64,000 nt of DNA from an uncultured Gemmatimonadales bacterium (GCA_963821525.1 CAWGED010000019.1:896001-960000), one strand, 5' to 3'; positions 1 to 11,089 are shown, counted from the stretch's first letter. The notes: a model not told the origin generated them from the letters alone. Made by a program: numbers and translations.

Positions 1-1182
1 GTAGTAGTCGGTTCCCTGAATGAGGAGCTCCCAGATCGCGTTCACCCGCTGGGTGGGATCTGCGCCGATGGCGATGGCGGTAATGCCGCCCAGGTTGGGG
101 TTGGTGCCGTTGTGGGTCGCCGAGGGACGGTACCGATAGATCCTGACCTGCACCGGCTGGCTCGGCGCCGGCGCCTGCGCCGGATTCAAGGTGAGAATGT
201 CCAGCGCGGGATACCCGGGGAGCAGCTGGGGATCCACCACCCAGAAGAACCTTCCGCTCTCGAAGTCGAGATCGCGGAGCAGCCGGTCCTGGGGCTGCAC
301 CGTGGTGGCGCCTACCGTATAGGTCCGTTCGGCGACCTGACTCCCCTTCTGCGTTGCGGCGATGGTCTGGAGCTGGAGGGCTCCCACCTCGAAGGTCGCG
401 TTGACTCCGAAGTTGTTGGCGGGGATCGAGGCAGTAATGAAGCGCGAGGAGGGTGGGCGGAATGTTACCGTTCCGACTTCGACCCGTCGCACAATCTCGT
501 CGGGAAGCCCCTCGTAATAGATCTGAAAGTTGTTCTTGGCGTTGAAGTCGCGTGAGGTGTCATAGTCCACGTCGACGTGGAGCCGGCGAGCGAGGAGCCC
601 GCCAGAGACGATACTGAGCTCAGTGTCGAAACGTGGAGCCTTGAATCCTCCCGAGCAGCCCGAATTGGGGTCGAGCAGCTCAATCGGCGTACACCGTTCG
701 TTCTTGAGCCGTTCGGTCCGGATTTCCAGCCTGGCGTTACCATCGATGGTAAGGTCCACGTACTTGCGAGAGATCCCGATCAACCCCTTTTCGTTGCGGA
801 GCGAATCGGCCTCAAATTGATCCATGGCCTTCTGGCCATAGACCTCCTTCAGACGGTGGGCAGTGAGCTCGGACACCCGGTTCGAATCCACCGCTGCGCG
901 AAGGCCCGTTTCCCACGCTTCGCCGGCTTGGCCGGGCAGGGTCCGACGTCCCCCATACCAGGGGTTTCGCAGGGTGGGGGGCTCCTGGAGAGTGAGGTCG
1001 GGCCCGTGGAAGCGCAGCCACTGCGGGACAGGAGGGACGGTATCGGCAGTCGCCTGCGAGACCGTATCCACCCGCGCCGGCGGCAAGGTGTCCGCCCGAG
1101 CTGGCTGCAACGTATCCACCTGCGCCGCCATCCTTCCGGGCAGGGCCAGCAGGATGGTCAGGGCGAAGAGATTACGCGCCAC
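1..1182 (-). CDS. sprA: SprA-like type IX secretion outer-membrane translocon, N-terminal part (runs off window start)
   Basis: Manual translation from GTG at 1182: signal peptide MARNLFALTILLALPGRMAAQ, then HVDVDYDTSRDFNAKNNFQIYYEGLPDEIVRRVEVGTVTF...NNFGVNATFEVGALQLQTIAATQKG...LIQGTDYY, which resembles the conserved SprA N-terminal block. Absent from the ORF track because no stop lies inside the window. Confidence 0.8.
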   Translation of the reverse strand, partial: MARNLFALTILLALPGRMAAQVDTLQPARADTLPPARVDTVSQATADTVPPVPQWLRFHGPDLTLQEPPTLRNPWYGGRRTLPGQAGEAWETGLRAAVDSNRVSELTAHRLKEVYGQKAMDQFEADSLRNEKGLIGISRKYVDLTIDGNARLEIRTERLKNERCTPIELLDPNSGCSGGFKAPRFDTELSIVSGGLLARRLHVDVDYDTSRDFNAKNNFQIYYEGLPDEIVRRVEVGTVTFRPPSSRFITASIPANNFGVNATFEVGALQLQTIAATQKGSQVAERTYTVGATTVQPQDRLLRDLDFESGRFFWVVDPQLLPGYPALDILTLNPAQAPAPSQPVQVRIYRYRPSATHNGTNPNLGGITAIAIGADPTQRVNAIWELLIQGTDYY

Positions 1183-1290
1183 TCGTAGAGAATTGACCGG
1201 GGGCGAAATGGCGAAGTCGGGCTTGAAGGCGAGGGACACCGGCAATATAATGACCGTTGGAACTCCTTACAACTCGGAGACTTAGCTCAC

Positions 1291-2871
1291 GTGCGGCTGC
1301 TAGACCGGTACCTGCTTCGGCAACTTCTTCCCCCGCTCCTCTTCGCCTTTACCGCGATGACGAGCATCATGCTGCTCAACCAGGTGGCCCGACGCTTCGG
1401 CCAGCTGGTGGGAAAGGGCTTGCCCTGGACGGTGATCGGCGAGGTGTTTCTCCTCTGCCTGCCTTTCATCATCGCGATGACACTGCCTATGGCGGTCCTG
1501 ATCGCGATGCTCTACACCTACAGCCATCTGGCTGCGGACAGCGAGATCACCGCGATGCGGGCAAGCGGGGTCAGTGTACTGCAAATGCTGCGACCCGCCC
1601 TGCTCGCCGGAGGCACCCTTGCCGTGGTGAACTTCTGGTTCACCGACCAGATCCTGCCGGACAGCAACGCCAAACTGCGCAACCTGCTGATCAACATTCA
1701 GCGCAAGAAGCCCACGCTCGAGATGCGGGAGCAGGTAATCAACGAGATCCCGCCCTCGGGGCTTTTCCTGCGAGCGAGCCGGATCGATCCCAATACGGGC
1801 CGGCTGCGGAATGTGACGATCTACGACATGGCGGCCACCGACGGACGCCGCATCATCTACGCGGACAGTGGAGTGATGGGGTTTTCATCCGACGCCACTG
1901 ATCTCACGCTGCGGCTCTTCGACGGCTCCATTCACGCGTTCAAGGCGACCGAACCCAATCTCATGCAGGTGACCGATTTCTCGGTCAATAACATCCTCGT
2001 CAAAGACGTGTCCAACCGGCTCGACCTGGAAAGCAGCGACGGGGTCCGCGGCGACCGGGAAATGAGCACCTGTGAGATGATGGACGTCGTCTGGGAGGCG
2101 GACTACGAGACCCAGTTGAGCGATCAGCGCCGCGCCACGGCGCTGCAGAAAGATCTTCGCGCGCTGATGGGACTGGAACCGCCGCCTCCGCTGGCCTCTC
2201 CACCCGCGCCCCGGCCAAAGGGCTACTGTCGCGTGTTCCGGCGAGTGGGAGGCTGGCTCAAATCTCAGACGGTTGGGGAAGATTCGTCTACACAAGCCGC
2301 GGCTCCGGTCGACAACATGGAACCTAAACCGGGCGGAGACCGACAAGATCTTCGAGCAGATCGCAGCGACCGGCTTCCGGTCACATCGCTGAAGACCGGA
2401 TTTCCGCAGCCGGCGCGTCAGGCTTCCACTCTGCGACGGCCAATCCCGCTGACTCAGTGGGGAGAAATTTCGGCCGCGCTGGACGAAGGTCGCACTTCGT
2501 CACTTCGAGCCGACCAGTATGAAGTCGAGGTCCACAAGAAGTGGGCGATCAGCGCCGCCTGTCTGGTATTCGCCATCGTGGGCATCCCCATGGCCCTCCG
2601 ATTCCCCCGGGGCGGGATGGGTCTCGTCATCGGCGGCGGGCTGTTCGTCTTCTCGATCTACTACGTCGGCCTGATCGCCGGTGAAGGCCTGGGAAACAAG
2701 GACATCGTTTCGCCGGCCACGGCGATGTGGGCGCCGAACATCATCTTCGCGGTGCTCGGCATCTTCGGCATCTACCGGGTGAGTCGCGAGTCGGGATCCA
2801 CCCGCGGCGGCGACCTCGCCGACCTGTGGGAGTCGCTGACCGGACGCTTCCGCCGGAAGCGGGTCGCCTGA
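1291..2871 (+). CDS. lptF: LPS export ABC transporter permease LptF
   Basis: LLDRYLLRQ start, SEITAMRASGVS motif, VEVHKKWAISAAC, WAPN; paired with lptG. Confidence 0.9.
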   Translation: MRLLDRYLLRQLLPPLLFAFTAMTSIMLLNQVARRFGQLVGKGLPWTVIGEVFLLCLPFIIAMTLPMAVLIAMLYTYSHLAADSEITAMRASGVSVLQMLRPALLAGGTLAVVNFWFTDQILPDSNAKLRNLLINIQRKKPTLEMREQVINEIPPSGLFLRASRIDPNTGRLRNVTIYDMAATDGRRIIYADSGVMGFSSDATDLTLRLFDGSIHAFKATEPNLMQVTDFSVNNILVKDVSNRLDLESSDGVRGDREMSTCEMMDVVWEADYETQLSDQRRATALQKDLRALMGLEPPPPLASPPAPRPKGYCRVFRRVGGWLKSQTVGEDSSTQAAAPVDNMEPKPGGDRQDLRADRSDRLPVTSLKTGFPQPARQASTLRRPIPLTQWGEISAALDEGRTSSLRADQYEVEVHKKWAISAACLVFAIVGIPMALRFPRGGMGLVIGGGLFVFSIYYVGLIAGEGLGNKDIVSPATAMWAPNIIFAVLGIFGIYRVSRESGSTRGGDLADLWESLTGRFRRKRVA

Positions 2872-3953
2872 TGGTGCTCCGACTGCTCGATCGCTACGTC
2901 CTGCGTTCGTGGTTCACCATCTTCGTGCTTACCGCGCTGGGGTTTCCCCTCGTGTCGATCATCATCAACATGACCGACAACCTGGAGAAACTCCTGGACC
3001 GCGGGCTCACCCTCAAGCAAATCGTGGTGAGCTACTTCTACGCCGTGCCGGAGAATGTTTTTCTGGTGATGCCGGCGGCGGTCCTGTTCGCCACCGTTTT
3101 TACCGTGGGGAATCTGGGAAGGAACTCGGAGCTGACGGCCGCCAAGGCGGGCGGGCAGAGCTTCCACCGCGTGGCCCTCCCGCTCTACCTGTCGGCGCTC
3201 TTCGCCGCCTGCCTTGCCGTTGTGGTCGGGGAACTCTCGCCCGGCACTACCGCGAAAGAACTGGAACTGCAGAAGTCCAAGCTCTCCAAGCCCAAGACGG
3301 CACGGTACAACTTCGTCTACCGCGCCGATCAAGGTTGGGTGTACACCATCCGTTCGCTCGACGTAGCGAACCGGTCGCTGCGCCAGGTGGTATTTGAGCG
3401 GCAAGGCACCGGTCCCGAATATCCCGGTCTCGCGGTGATCGCCGACAGCGCGACCTTTGAAGATTCCCTCGGCAAGTGGCGGGTCTGGTCGGGCACCACG
3501 AGGATGTTTGCGGGTGAGGGGGTGGAAGACGAGTTCAAGTTCAAGTCCATGCGTCTCCGCGCGCTGCAGCAGCAACCCGCCGACCTGCTGGTAGAGCCCA
3601 AATCTCCAGAGGAGATGCGCTACGCGGAGTTGAGCCGGTACATCGATGCCCTGAAGCGATCGGGCAACGACGCCAGCAAGCTCGAGGTAGACCGGGCGCT
3701 CAAGATCGCGCTCCCGGCAGCGTGCCTGGTGATCGCCTTGTTCGGGGCTCCGCTCGCAGTCACCTCTCCCCGCCAAGGCACCGCCATCGGCATCGCGATC
3801 AGCCTCGGCACCACCCTGATATATCTCTCCACGATTCAGCTCTCGAAGGCGGTCGGAACCAGCGGCATCGTGAACCCACTCGTCGCGGCGTGGTTCCCCA
3901 ATGCTCTCTTCATGGCGGCCGCCATGTGGCTGCTGGTGAAGGTGAGGACGTAG
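2871..3953 (+). CDS. lptG: LPS export ABC transporter permease LptG
   Basis: ATG at 2871 overlaps the lptF TGA; LLDRYVLR, NSELTAAKAGG, AAWFPN. Confidence 0.9.
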   Translation: MVLRLLDRYVLRSWFTIFVLTALGFPLVSIIINMTDNLEKLLDRGLTLKQIVVSYFYAVPENVFLVMPAAVLFATVFTVGNLGRNSELTAAKAGGQSFHRVALPLYLSALFAACLAVVVGELSPGTTAKELELQKSKLSKPKTARYNFVYRADQGWVYTIRSLDVANRSLRQVVFERQGTGPEYPGLAVIADSATFEDSLGKWRVWSGTTRMFAGEGVEDEFKFKSMRLRALQQQPADLLVEPKSPEEMRYAELSRYIDALKRSGNDASKLEVDRALKIALPAACLVIALFGAPLAVTSPRQGTAIGIAISLGTTLIYLSTIQLSKAVGTSGIVNPLVAAWFPNALFMAAAMWLLVKVRT

Positions 3954-4040
3954 CCGATTGCAGATTGCAGATTGTCAGATTGCAGATGTTGTGCAGCTTA
4001 CTCTCCAATCTGATCAATCTGACATCTTCAATCTGAAATC
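3954..4040. repeat. Heptamer array CAGATTG followed by inverted CAATCTG array
   Basis: gattgcagattgcagattgtcagattgcagat ... caatctgatcaatctgacatcttcaatctgaaatc. Confidence 0.85.
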
Positions 4041-4065
4041 TCCCGAACTTCCCTATATTTCCATC

Positions 4066-5591
4066 ATGTCGCACCATCCACCCGACCGATCATCATCGGC
4101 ACCGGCATCGCTGGGCTCTGGACAGCCTGGCGCCTGGCCGTTGAAGGGCGGGCCTCGGTCCTCCTGACCAAGGGTGCGTTGACCGACAGCGCCAGCGCCT
4201 GGGCTCAAGGTGGCATCGCCGTGGCACTGGGGCCGGGGGACAGCCCGGGCCAGCACGCGGCCGACACGCTCGCGGCAGGTGATGGCCTCTCGGACCCGGA
4301 AGCGGTCCGGGTGCTGACGAACGAAGGGCCCGATCGCATTCGGGAGCTTCTCGCGATGGGAGCCGTGTTCGACCGGGGCCCCGATGGCTCACTCAGAATG
4401 GGCCTCGAGGCGGCTCACACACGACCTCGGATCATCCACGCCGGCGGCGACCGGACTGGTGCCGCCTTGATGGCCTGGCTGACCGAGATCGTCCGGGCCG
4501 ATCCCTTGATCGAAATCCTCGAACACACCGAGGTTGCAGCGCTGCGTCACGACGGTCTATCGGTGACTGGCGTGATAGCCCTGGGCGAATCGGGAGTGCG
4601 GGAAATTCCCGCCCCGGACGTGGTGCTGGCGACCGGCGGTGTCGGCCAGCTCTATGCCGTAACGACCAACCCGCTGGTGGCGACCGGCGACGGCTGGGCC
4701 CTGGCATGGCAGGTAGGCGCCGAGCTGCGAGACCTCGAATTTCTGCAGTTCCATCCGACCGCTCTCAAGCTTCCTGGCGTAAACCCCGCCCCGCTCATCA
4801 CCGAGGCGGTGCGAGGCGCCGGTGGACTCCTCTTGGACCGCGATGGCCATCGCTTCGCCTTCGATGCAGATCCGCGCGGTGAACTGGCGCCCCGGGATGT
4901 TGTGGCCCGCGCCGTCGCGGCGGCCGATGCCACGGGCGGTGCCTGGCTCGACGCGCGGGAGATTCCGGATTTCCCTGAACGGTTCCCCGGGGTCACCAGC
5001 ATCCTGGCCGCTCACGGAATCGATCCGTCGAAGGAGCTGATTCCAGTAGCCCCGGCACTGCACTACGCGATGGGAGGGATCCGCACCGATCTCGACGGTC
5101 GCACGACGCGTGAGAAGCTCTGGGCAGTCGGTGAAGTAGCGTGCACCGGAGTTCATGGTGCCAACCGGCTGGCATCGAACTCCCTGCTTGAGGGCCTGGT
5201 TTTCGCCGACCGGGTGGCCCGTGCTCTTACGGAAGGACCGGAGAGGGAGTGGGGCGGGACTCAGCTGGTCCGGGCGGTACCGAGTACGGCGGTCGCTCCT
5301 GAACTTGGCGCTCCCAACGCGGATCATGACTGTGAACCTCTGCGGGACCAGATGCGCCAGATCATGACCTCCGACGTGGGATTGACCAGGACGGAGGCGC
5401 GGCTCACCCACGCCAAGCGCGCCCTTGGCCGGGTCGCGCGTCAGATTCCGCCTGGAGCATGGCGCAGCGCGAACCAGGTACTGGTTGCGCGGCTCATTGC
5501 TCAGGCGGCAAGGCGGCGGCGTGAAAGCCGAGGCGGCCACCGGCGTCTCGACTATCCTCCTCGGGCACGAGTTGGAGGAAGCACCGCATGA
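4066..5591 (+). CDS. nadB: L-aspartate oxidase (1-bp indel just after the ATG)
   Basis: The Rossmann motif IIIGTGIAGL lies in frame upstream of the called start at 4179; ATG 4066 is one base out of frame and follows a TATATT -10. Also AQGGIA, QFHPT, LITEAVRG, HYAMGGI, HGANRLASNSLLEG. Confidence 0.92.
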
Positions 5592-6601
5592 CCGTCGTAT
5601 CACCGTCGGGAGCCATGCTTCCCGTCATCGATCCTGAGCCCCAGGCTCCGGTCGATATCCCGGCGCTTCAGAAGGAAATTCGGGAGCTGGCGCAGCGGCG
5701 GAATGCCGTCATCATCGCCCACAACTACCAGCGACCCGAGGTGCAGGACGTCGCGGACTTCGTGGGAGACTCGCTCGGCCTCTCGCGGAAGGCCGCGGCC
5801 GTGGAACAGGATGTCATCGTGTTCTGCGGCGTTCACTTCATGGCGGAGACCGCCGCGATCCTGGCTCCGACCAAGCGAGTGCTGTTGCCCGATCTGCGGG
5901 CTGGCTGCTCCCTGGCGGCGACCATCACCGGAGAGGACGTCCGGCGCTGGCGAGCCAAATTCCCCGGCTACATCGCCGTCGGGTACGTCAATACGACCGC
6001 GGAAGTGAAGGCCGAGCTCGACTACTGCTGCACCAGCGGGAATGTGCTCGATGTGATCGACGCGATCCCGGAGGACAAGGGAATTCTGTTCTGTCCCGAC
6101 TTCTTCCTGGGCGCGCACGTGAAGCGGATGCGGCCCAACCGTCGCATCGAGGTCTGGCTCGGCGAATGCCACGTGCATCGCGAGATCAATCCGCAGACTC
6201 TGGACCGCGTCCGTCACGAGCATCCCGACGCCGAGGTCCTGGTTCATCCGGAATGCGGCTGCGCGGGCCAGCTGATCTATGCGATGGGACTGGGCGACAT
6301 CAAGTCGGAGGGAGTCCATGTCGCCTCGACCGAGCGCATGGTGAATCTCACCCGGGAGCGTCCCGCCAAGGAGTTCATCATCGCCACCGAAACCGGGATC
6401 ATGCACCGCATGCAGCAACTGAACCCGGACAAGCACTTCTACGCAGCCGATCCGGAAGCAGTCTGCGCGTTCATGAAGACCATAACCCTCCCCAACGTGC
6501 GTGACGCGCTGGCGCTCGATCGCTATCACGTCAGCGTGCCACCCGACATCGCCAGGCGCGCCCGGGGTGCTCTGGACCGGATGGTGGCCCTTGGGAAGTG
6601 A
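5588..6601 (+). CDS. nadA: Quinolinate synthase
   Basis: AHNYQ, GDSL, FCGVHFMAETA, AGCSLA, YVNT, GECHVH, HPEC, CAFMK. Confidence 0.96.
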   Translation: MTVVSPSGAMLPVIDPEPQAPVDIPALQKEIRELAQRRNAVIIAHNYQRPEVQDVADFVGDSLGLSRKAAAVEQDVIVFCGVHFMAETAAILAPTKRVLLPDLRAGCSLAATITGEDVRRWRAKFPGYIAVGYVNTTAEVKAELDYCCTSGNVLDVIDAIPEDKGILFCPDFFLGAHVKRMRPNRRIEVWLGECHVHREINPQTLDRVRHEHPDAEVLVHPECGCAGQLIYAMGLGDIKSEGVHVASTERMVNLTRERPAKEFIIATETGIMHRMQQLNPDKHFYAADPEAVCAFMKTITLPNVRDALALDRYHVSVPPDIARRARGALDRMVALGK

Positions 6602-6626
6602 GCGGTAAGCGGTGAGCGGTGAGCAG
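6598..6626. repeat. Heptamer array GTGAGCG/GTAAGCG x4
   Basis: gtgagcggtaagcggtgagcggtgagc between nadA and nadC. Confidence 0.7.
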
Positions 6627-7511
6627 GCCGCACAGCCCAGAGTAGTTACCGCAGACGCGACTCGGCTCGCGCGCGAAGCACTCGCCGAAGACGGTCCCCG
6701 CGACATCACGTCCGAACTGACCGTCCCCTCCCATCTCACCGGTACTGCCGTCATCGAATTCCGCTCGGCGGGAATCGTCGCTGGATTACCCTACGCCGAT
6801 GCAGTCGCGGAAGAATGCGGACTGGGGCGGATTAGGTGGCTCGCACAGGAGGGCGATCGCCTCTTCTCTCAAGCAGTGATCGGCACCATGGATGGCAATC
6901 TCAGGCCAATCCTCCGTGCTGAACGGCCGCTCCTCAATCTCCTCCAACGGGCATCGGGGATCGCGACCTTGACCCGGACGTACGTGGACGCGATAGAAGG
7001 CACTGGGGCCAGGATCCTGCACACTCGGAAAACTGCCCCCGGCCTACGCCTCTTCGATGTGCACGCGGTGCTGGCCGGCGGCGGATCGGGCCACCGTCTT
7101 GATCTCGCTCAGGAAGTGATGGTGAAGGACAATCACTGGCGGGCCCTGGAGGAGACCGGAATCCCGCTGGAAGATGTGATACGGCAAGGTCGTGCGCGCG
7201 GGGTAACGCGCTACCACATCGAAGTGGAAAATACGAAGCAGCTCGAGATGGCTTGTGAGGCGGGGGCCACAAGGCTGCTGATCGACAATCAGGTGCCGGA
7301 GATCGTGCGGGCCTGGACCCGGGTCGCCCGATCGCTCGCCCCGACGATCGAGATCGAAGCCTCGGGCGGAATCGATCTGACCAACGTGCGGGCTTATGCC
7401 GAGGGCGGCGTGGACTACATCTCGATTGGGGCGCTGACCCACAGTCCGAAGGCGGCGGACGTCGGGTTAGAGGTGGTGGGTGGGGAGTGGGGAGTGGGGA
7501 GTGAGAAGTGA
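6612..7511 (+). CDS. nadC: Nicotinate-nucleotide pyrophosphorylase (carboxylating)
   Basis: ALAED..DITS, AERPLLNLLQRASGIAT, TRKTAPGLR, HRLDL, KDNH, EASGGI, ISIGALTHS. Confidence 0.95.
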   Translation: MSGEQAAQPRVVTADATRLAREALAEDGPRDITSELTVPSHLTGTAVIEFRSAGIVAGLPYADAVAEECGLGRIRWLAQEGDRLFSQAVIGTMDGNLRPILRAERPLLNLLQRASGIATLTRTYVDAIEGTGARILHTRKTAPGLRLFDVHAVLAGGGSGHRLDLAQEVMVKDNHWRALEETGIPLEDVIRQGRARGVTRYHIEVENTKQLEMACEAGATRLLIDNQVPEIVRAWTRVARSLAPTIEIEASGGIDLTNVRAYAEGGVDYISIGALTHSPKAADVGLEVVGGEWGVGSEK

Positions 7512-7655
7512 GAAGTGGGAAGTGAGACGGAGACGAGTGAGACGTGAGAAGTGAGAAGTGAGAAGTGGGGGCGAAGCGTTCGGCGTCTGTTAGAAAAAGT
7601 CAACAAGAACTTCCCATTACCCACCACCCACTCCCTACTCCCTACCTCCCCATCT
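7474..7655. repeat. Heptamer array GGGAGTG/GAGAAGT, spacer, then inverted CACCCAC/CTCCCTA-type array
   Basis: About 12 purine-rich units at 7474-7570 and a pyrimidine-rich mirror at 7608-7655, between convergent genes. Confidence 0.85.
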
Positions 7656-9000
7656 CCTCCACCCGTAATACGCCGGCACCCCCGTCAGAATGATCCCGAT
7701 GTCCAGGGTGAATTGCCCGGTCTGCGATACCAGATAGTTCCCCAGCAGAAACAGCGATCCCCCCAGAAACAGGAGCGGCACCAATGGGTAGCCCCAGGTG
7801 TGATAGGGGCTTTCCAGGTCGGCGCGTTTGCGGAGCACGAACACGGCGGCCACGGCGAGCGCGTAGAACGGCCAGATCCCGATGATGAATTGATCCGCCA
7901 GTTGGGAGAAAGTGCGGATCAGGATGAAGATCACGCCGAGTACGGCGGCGAGCAGAATTGCGCCCGTGGGAGCACCCGTCTTGGGATCCACCTTCGCGAT
8001 CGCCTTCGGGAAGAGACCATCCTCGGCCATGGCGAAGAAGATTCGCGGCGCGGTCATCATCGACCCATTCAAGGTGCCGAAGGTCGAGACGGCAACCGCG
8101 CTCGCGACGAGCACGGTACCTATCGCACCGAAGACGAGGGTCGCGACATCCGCGGCGACCAGCTCCGCCCCCTTCATCTGCTCGATCGGAATCAGGTAGA
8201 GATAGACGAGATTGGCGCTCAGGTAGAGCACAACCACCAGGCCGGTCCCGATAAAGAGCGCTTTGGGAAGATTGCGCTGGGGATCTTGGACTTCACCGCC
8301 CACGAATGCCAGGTCGGCCCACCCGTCATAGGCCCACAGGATGGAGACCATGGCGAGCAGGAATGGCGACGTTGCAACGCTGGCATGCTGGCTCAGCATC
8401 TCGCCGGGACCCATGCCGGAGCCGAATGCGAATCCCAGCAGTATGAGGGCAGCGAGGGCCCCGACCTTGAACAGGGTGCTCAGGTTCTGCAGCACGGCAC
8501 CTTTCCGGATCCCATGATAGTTCACCACCGCGACCAGAATGATGAGCACGGCGCCGAGCAGCTGGTCTGCCCTGATTCCAACTCCGGCTATCGCTATCGC
8601 TCCGGGATCGACGTCCGACAGCTCTGAGGGCATAGCCCGACGAGGTAATACCGATTGCTCCATAGGCTCCGGGCCGGATGATGAGGAGTTCGGCCCAGCC
8701 GAAGAGAAACGCGGGTAGCGGGCCGAATGCTTCACGGAGAAAAACGTAGATGCCTCCGCTCCTCGGGAACTTCGCGGCGAGCTCGGCGTAGGTCAGGGCT
8801 CCACAGATCGCGACGGCTCCGCCGATGACCCAGGCCAGAAGAAAGAGGGGGACGTCGTCAATCTTCTGGGCGACCAGCGCCGGGGTCCGGAAGATTCCGC
8901 TGCCGATCGTCGATCCGATCACCACCGCGACGGCGCTCCAAAGGCCTAACCGGCGCGGCAGTCGCTCTCCCCAGGGGTCCGGCCTGGTTGGCTCAGTCAA
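7635..9000 (-). CDS. APC-family amino acid permease (frameshift ~8625)
   Basis: TTG 9000 with AAGAGGA SD. IGSGIFRTP and YAELAAKFPRSGG lie in ORF 8326..9072; WAYDGW..GGEVQDPQRNLP lies in ORF 7635..8735. Confidence 0.88.
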
Positions 9001-9181
9001 TCGATCCTCTTTGGCGACACGGAGATAACGCTTCGGATGCCGTAAGTTCCCACAGTCGCGCCCGCTTGACAAGGCAGCGCAGGAAGCGTTCTTTCCCCAC
9101 CGAAAACACGGGTCTTCTTTCCTTTATAGTGACAAGCGCTCACCCCCACCCCGCCCGATTTCCGCCTCGGAGCCCTTCTCG

Positions 9182-11089
9182 ATGCCTGTAGAGCATTCCC
9201 CCAGTCCGACACTGTATCGCCGGCTGGCCCTCGCGGCCTCCGCCTTGGTGATCGGCCTGATCACGCTGGGGGGTGTGGTGCGGATCACCGGCTCCGGGCT
9301 CGGCTGTGGCGATCATTGGCCACTGTGCGACGGGCAGTGGTTCCCGCCGCTCGATCTGCCGACTCTCATCGAGATCAGCCACCGCTGGGTCGCCGCCCTG
9401 GTGACGGTAGCGGTCTTTGCCCTGTTCGTGGTCGCCTGGCGGAGACATCGGAAGCAGCGCGAACTCTTCGCACCGGCTCTCGCGGCGGCGATCCTGCTGG
9501 TCATTCAGGTACTGCTGGGACCGGTGATCGTGAAGCTCGACTTGCCACCGGCGGTCGTCATCGTGCACCTGCTGAATGCGATGGTGCTGCTCGCGGTGCT
9601 GGTCGTCGCTGCCCTGCGGGCGGGCACGGTTTCGGTTGGCCACGTTGAATCGCTGCCTCGTTCCCGGCCCTCGCTGGTACACCTGACCGCGAGCGTTGGC
9701 TTCGTGACCATAGCGCTCGGAGCGCTTACCGCGAATCTCGATGCCGGATTGTATTGCCTGGGATTCCCGCTCTGCGGCGGCAGTGCCGCTCCGCCCGCCA
9801 CGACGCTCGGGCTGGTGCAGTGGATTCACCGTCTGTCGGCCTTCACTCTCCTGGGCCTGACGGTGACCCTGGCCGTACGAAGCTCGGGATGGGGAGCCGG
9901 TGCTCGCCGAGCGGCGATGACCGTGCTGGCGCTCGCCCTGACCCAGATCGCCGTCGCCGCCTTCATGATTCTGCACCTGCTGCCGACTTCGTGGCGTGCG
10001 CTGCACCTGCTGGTGGGAACGCTGGTCTGGGTGGGCCTGGTGGTGCTGGTGTATCGGACGGGAAGAGAGGCGGTCAGGTCGGACGAGGCGGACAAGGCGG
10101 TCAGGTCGGACCCAGCGAGAGCGACCGCGCCAACCGCCGCTCCAACGTTGATCGCCGATCTCGTCACGCTCACCAAGCCACGGATCATTTCCCTGCTTCT
10201 GGTCACGACTATCGCGCCGATGTTCATCACCGGACACGGCCTGCCGAGCGCATCGCTCGTGTTCTGGGTCTGCGTGGGTGGGTACCTGATGGCAGGCGGC
10301 GCCAACGCGATCAACATGTGGTTCGACCGGGATATCGACGATCGCATGACGCGCACGCGCCTCCGCCCGATCCCGGCGGGGCGGATTTCGCCACTCGCGG
10401 CGCTGCTCTTCGGCGTCACACTCGGTGGCCTCGCCTTCTGGACCTTCTGGGAGATGGTGAATCCCCTGAGCGCCTGGCTGGCGCTCGGCGGGCTCCTGTT
10501 CTATGTGCTCGTCTATACCATGATGCTGAAGCGATGGAGCCCGCAGAACATCGTGATCGGCGGCGCGGCCGGCGCCTTTCCGCCCCTGGTAGGCTGGGCC
10601 GCGGTGGCCGGATCGCTCGACCTGGCGGCACTCTATCTCTTCGCCATCATCTTCTTCTGGACCCCGCCGCATTTCTGGGCTCTCGCCCTGCTCAAACAGG
10701 GTGACTACGCCAAGGCCGGCGTCCCCATGATGCCCAATGTCCACGGTGAGCACTGGACCAAGATCCAGATGCTGGCGTATACCCTCATGCTGTTGCCACT
10801 CACGATCATGCCTTCGGTGTTCGGAGCGCTGGGCCTGTTCTACGCTCTGGCGGCGGCGGTGCTTGGGGGGCGCCTGCTGTGGTACTGCTTCAAGCTTCTG
10901 AGAGAAGCCGGCGTGACACCGACCGCGTGGAAGATGTACAAGTACTCCCTGCTCTATCTGGCCCTTCTTTTCGCGGCCATGGGAATCGATCGCGCGCTGC
11001 CGTTCGGGCATCGGTATGAGCGGTCACCCATTCTCATCCTCGATCAACCCGAGGTCGAGGCCATCGGAGCACCGGACGGAGGTCGGTGA
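9182..11089 (+). CDS. ctaB: Fused heme A synthase (CtaA/COX15) - heme O synthase (CtaB/CyoE)
   Basis: N-half has GGVVRITGSGLGCGDHWPLCDG and EISHR; C-half has LTKPRII, DRDIDDRMTRTRLRP, NIVIGGAAGAFPPLVGW, WTPPHFWAL. One continuous ORF. Confidence 0.9.
   Translation: MPVEHSPSPTLYRRLALAASALVIGLITLGGVVRITGSGLGCGDHWPLCDGQWFPPLDLPTLIEISHRWVAALVTVAVFALFVVAWRRHRKQRELFAPALAAAILLVIQVLLGPVIVKLDLPPAVVIVHLLNAMVLLAVLVVAALRAGTVSVGHVESLPRSRPSLVHLTASVGFVTIALGALTANLDAGLYCLGFPLCGGSAAPPATTLGLVQWIHRLSAFTLLGLTVTLAVRSSGWGAGARRAAMTVLALALTQIAVAAFMILHLLPTSWRALHLLVGTLVWVGLVVLVYRTGREAVRSDEADKAVRSDPARATAPTAAPTLIADLVTLTKPRIISLLLVTTIAPMFITGHGLPSASLVFWVCVGGYLMAGGANAINMWFDRDIDDRMTRTRLRPIPAGRISPLAALLFGVTLGGLAFWTFWEMVNPLSAWLALGGLLFYVLVYTMMLKRWSPQNIVIGGAAGAFPPLVGWAAVAGSLDLAALYLFAIIFFWTPPHFWALALLKQGDYAKAGVPMMPNVHGEHWTKIQMLAYTLMLLPLTIMPSVFGALGLFYALAAAVLGGRLLWYCFKLLREAGVTPTAWKMYKYSLLYLALLFAAMGIDRALPFGHRYERSPILILDQPEVEAIGAPDGGR

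Noticed and set aside
112..1285. Plus-strand ORFs at window start
   Set aside because: Antisense to the sprA-like frame.
9129..9143. GTGA-N7-TCAC upstream of ctaAB as a CRP/FNR/Rex box
   Set aside because: Spacing is one base longer than the N6 consensus and the flanks match poorly.
9140..11011. Long antisense ORFs (also 36042..37829, 48049..49512, 49864..51141, 53780..55408, 22618..24225)
   Set aside because: Shadows of well-supported genes in high-GC DNA; no recognisable motifs.
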